Assembly: GCF_018977255.1 (NCBI RefSeq)
Contig: NW_024704742.1
Span: forward strand, 34,598,001 to 34,662,000
Reading direction: 5' to 3'
Length of the DNA: 64,000 bases
From: Callorhinchus milii
Lineage: Eukaryota
Under the pieces are notes generated by a model. It had not been told where the DNA came from, made no database searches, and was given only the letters and a program-made list of their open reading frames with translations. Position numbers and translations under genes: made by a program. This document shows positions 60,650 through 64,000 of the stretch, one piece after another. Numbering within the stretch: position 1 is the first letter of the stretch; each line of letters starts with the position of its first letter.

Positions 60650-61535
60650 TCACCTTTTAATTAATCAGCGATACACTTTTTGATACTAGGAAAAGTAAAA
60701 TATTCACCCTCTAGTTATTTATTGCAGTTCCTGCTATTTCCTGTTAACGTAAATATACTTGTGAGGGGAGCTTATACTGCAACAACTAATTAATGGTAAC
60801 AGAAAACATCAGCAAATGCAATGGCTGACGTGTGCCAGAAAATGGATCACAAATAGTATTGAAATGAATGAATAATTAATCTGTTCTGTGGATGTTGGAT
60901 GGGGGAGGAATATTAGCTAGAATATCAGAAGATCTCAGCTCTTCTTGCACATCATGTCATGGTTGTATTGTCCTCTTGGACAAAAGAACTATATAAATCT
61001 ACTACTTAGTAGGAGGCTAAGTGATTGCCATTGAAATTTTCTATCCTAATTCTAATTCACTGTTATTCTCCTACCATCTAAAACATTCTTCAGCATGTGC
61101 CTATCTCATTCCCTTTTAAATGCCTCAATTGAGTTCCCACCATCTGCCACCAGAATAGGTAGCCAGGAACTAGGTTTATTTTCTCAGCCATGAAACAATG
61201 TACTGTAATGGAGAAACAGCCTAGATTACAAAAATTAAATACAATACAAAATTACATTTGTATAGCTCCTTTCACGTCAGGAGGACGTCCCTAAATCTTT
61301 GTGTAGGGCTGAAACCCTTAATCTTCAGAGGCAGGAATGCTAACAATTGACACAGCTAGTCAATTATTTCTAAAATATTTGTGTGCAAATTCTGAATACT
61401 TTTCAATCAATAATCCTTGCATTTGATATAGCGCTTTTCACGTCGGGAGGACGTGAAATCACAATTAAATCACAATTCATTGTGATTTAACGTCATACTT
61501 ATCAGTATCCTCCTGTTGTATTGATCCTGAGCCTA

Positions 61536-61745
<210 letters not shown>

Positions 61746-61813
61746 TTAATCATGAAGAATAATTCTTCACATTCTGTTCCCGATGATGAAAAATTGCATA
61801 TGTATTTTTTTCA

Positions 61814-62056
<243 letters not shown>

Positions 62057-63231
62057 TTATTGAAATGAAAGAACAACGTACTCTACAAAGTTAAAACAAT
62101 GATATTGTTGTTTGGTAAATACAACAATACCACAACAGTAAAATAAATCTTTATTCAGCAATTTCAGGCGTCAGTATTCTTATACAAGTATCTTTTCTTT
62201 TACCACAGTGTCGCCCACAGCATCAATGGAGACTTGACTCAATGTGCAGCAGGCAAACAAGAAGTGACACAAATTAAATTAATATTGCTAGTTGAGTATT
62301 GGGAAGATGAACAATCAGAGAGACATAATCGAAACTGCTGATTATGGGTGTTGTGCAGGACGGGAAGATGTTCAAGATTTCTCCTTGTGCTAATATCTGG
62401 GCTTAAAAGGAAGTTTGGCTACAATTTCTTAGAGTTCAAATTTATTGTGTGACACAGATCTCCGATGCTACTACTACTACTGCAGTGAACAACAAAAATA
62501 TACATTTGTATAGCAGCTTTTACGTTGGGAGGACGGCCTAAAGTGCTAGACAGTCTAAGATGTGTACCCGAGCTGGTTGGGATCAGGAGGGGTGGAGGGC
62601 AGGGAGGGTGGGGGTAGGAGGGTAACTGAAGGCGTGGGCCCAGTAAACTACATTAAAACTTTGATTATGAATTACCACCAATTTCAATTATCCATCCAAA
62701 TTACTCATTTTCAGTCTGGCAGATAAATGTACTAGGTCAGTGTACATCTGTTCTTCTGGTGGTTTTATAATTATAAATTATTAAAGACACTCTTGATTTT
62801 TAAGTTTTCTTTTTCTTTAAGATCTGTTAAATTCTCTACGCTCTTTCAAATGCTGGACTCTCTGAAATGCTGAGTAAATAGAGTAAATCTAGACGGAGGC
62901 ACAATTTCTACCCCATAGTCTCCAGGAGATTATTAAGATTGTTATAAAAATATTAACAATCCTTGCATTTGATGAAGTTCCTTATCATATTATTGAAATG
63001 TCTCAAAGTGCTTCCCAGGATTGACTCTGAAGTGTGTTGACTGTATACTATAGGTGAAAATGACAGGGCAATTTGCACAGCAATGTCCTACAAACAGTCA
63101 TGAAGTGAATAATCAGTTTTATCTGGAGGTGGCCATCGGATGAAACTCCCTTCTCTTTTAACCATATTACACTTTGTGTGGATGTTTGTAAAGATGCCAT
63201 GCTTTCCTCTTCTCTGGATGATAAATAATCC

Positions 63232-63544
63232 TAATAATAATCCTTGCATTTGATATAGCTCTTTTCACGTCGGGAGGACGTCCCAAAGCGCTTCACAGAA
63301 CACACTGTAAAGTGAATTGACTGTATATTTGTGGGCGAACCCGAGAGCCAATTGCGCACAGCAATGTCCCACAAACAGTCGTGGATTGAAAATGACCAAT
63401 TTATTATTGTTTTTGGTTTTGGAGGGATTATTATTAGGCGTGTGGAGTAAGGAAACTTGCCCAAGGTTTCGCCCTCTGCCTGGAATTGAACTCAGGTCTC
63501 TAGCTTGCAAAGCGAGTGCTCAACCACTGAGCTACAGGACTCCA
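63232..63544 (-). mobile_element. Young tRNA-Ala SINE, full length
   Basis: Reverse complement of the 6854-7168 type. Confidence 0.92.
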
Positions 63545-64000
63545 TGATATTTGCCATCTCCCTTCCTGAAGCAGCAAATTCAATTGCTCAAAATGGAATT
63601 CAACAACAACAACAAATTGCATTTAGATAGTGTGTTTCACATTGGGAGGACATCCTATAGCGCTGGGCAGTTGAGGGTTTCACCCAAGCTAGGGTGAGTG
63701 GGGGAGTTGCACTTTCTTGTCCATCTTTGCTTCCTGCCTGTGGCAATGTTCTTGGCCTCTATTCAGCGCATTCCTACACTGGGTGGATTGAAATCAGGAA
63801 CTTGACAAGACAGAGAATGACATGCAGATCCCACCTGACTGTTCCTCTCATGCTCCAATGCATTGTGCCACCAAACCCAATTTTTTTAAACAGCATTGAT
63901 GCAGTCTGTAAATTTAGTAATATTTAAAACATACACAGTATGATATAAATATGCTGTATGTTGGCCAATGTTAAGGTTAGACAATGCACTGACTGTTTTT

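Noticed and set aside
63695..63775. Faint resemblance to the LF-SINE 3' region (gtgggggagttgcact...ctgtgg)
   Set aside because: Too short and diverged, and based only on recollection of the consensus. It would need an nhmmer hit.

Overview
Vertebrate genomic DNA, most likely from a cartilaginous fish. The repeat content resembles chimaera/elephant shark, but this is inference and was not verified. The window holds the 3' parts of two convergent genes. ELOVL6 (+ strand) has three coding exons at 9701-9832, 20212-20363 and 21973-22397, followed by a long AT-rich 3' region; its first coding exon lies upstream of the window. Pro-EGF (- strand) has ten coding exons between 62054 and 50176, encoding YWTD propeller, EGF and cbEGF repeats, the mature EGF module, the TM helix and a short tail; its 5' exons lie beyond the window end. 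The tail-to-tail EGF/ELOVL6 arrangement matches the known mammalian one. The rest is dense in retroelements: CR1 and L2 LINE fragments, a young ~310-bp tRNA-Ala-headed SINE in two subfamilies, older Deu/SacSINE-like SINEs and palindromic MITE-like elements. Most ORFs in the supplied track are repeat-derived. I found no convincing new multi-gene system. The best leads are: (i) two decayed hammerhead-ribozyme-like motifs in a Penelope-like repeat; (ii) a covarying stem-loop shared by L2 and SINE 3' tails; (iii) three head-to-head fold-back SINE structures; (iv) an unusual or ambiguous EGF C-terminus and processing sites; (v) unclassified dispersed and palindromic repeats.
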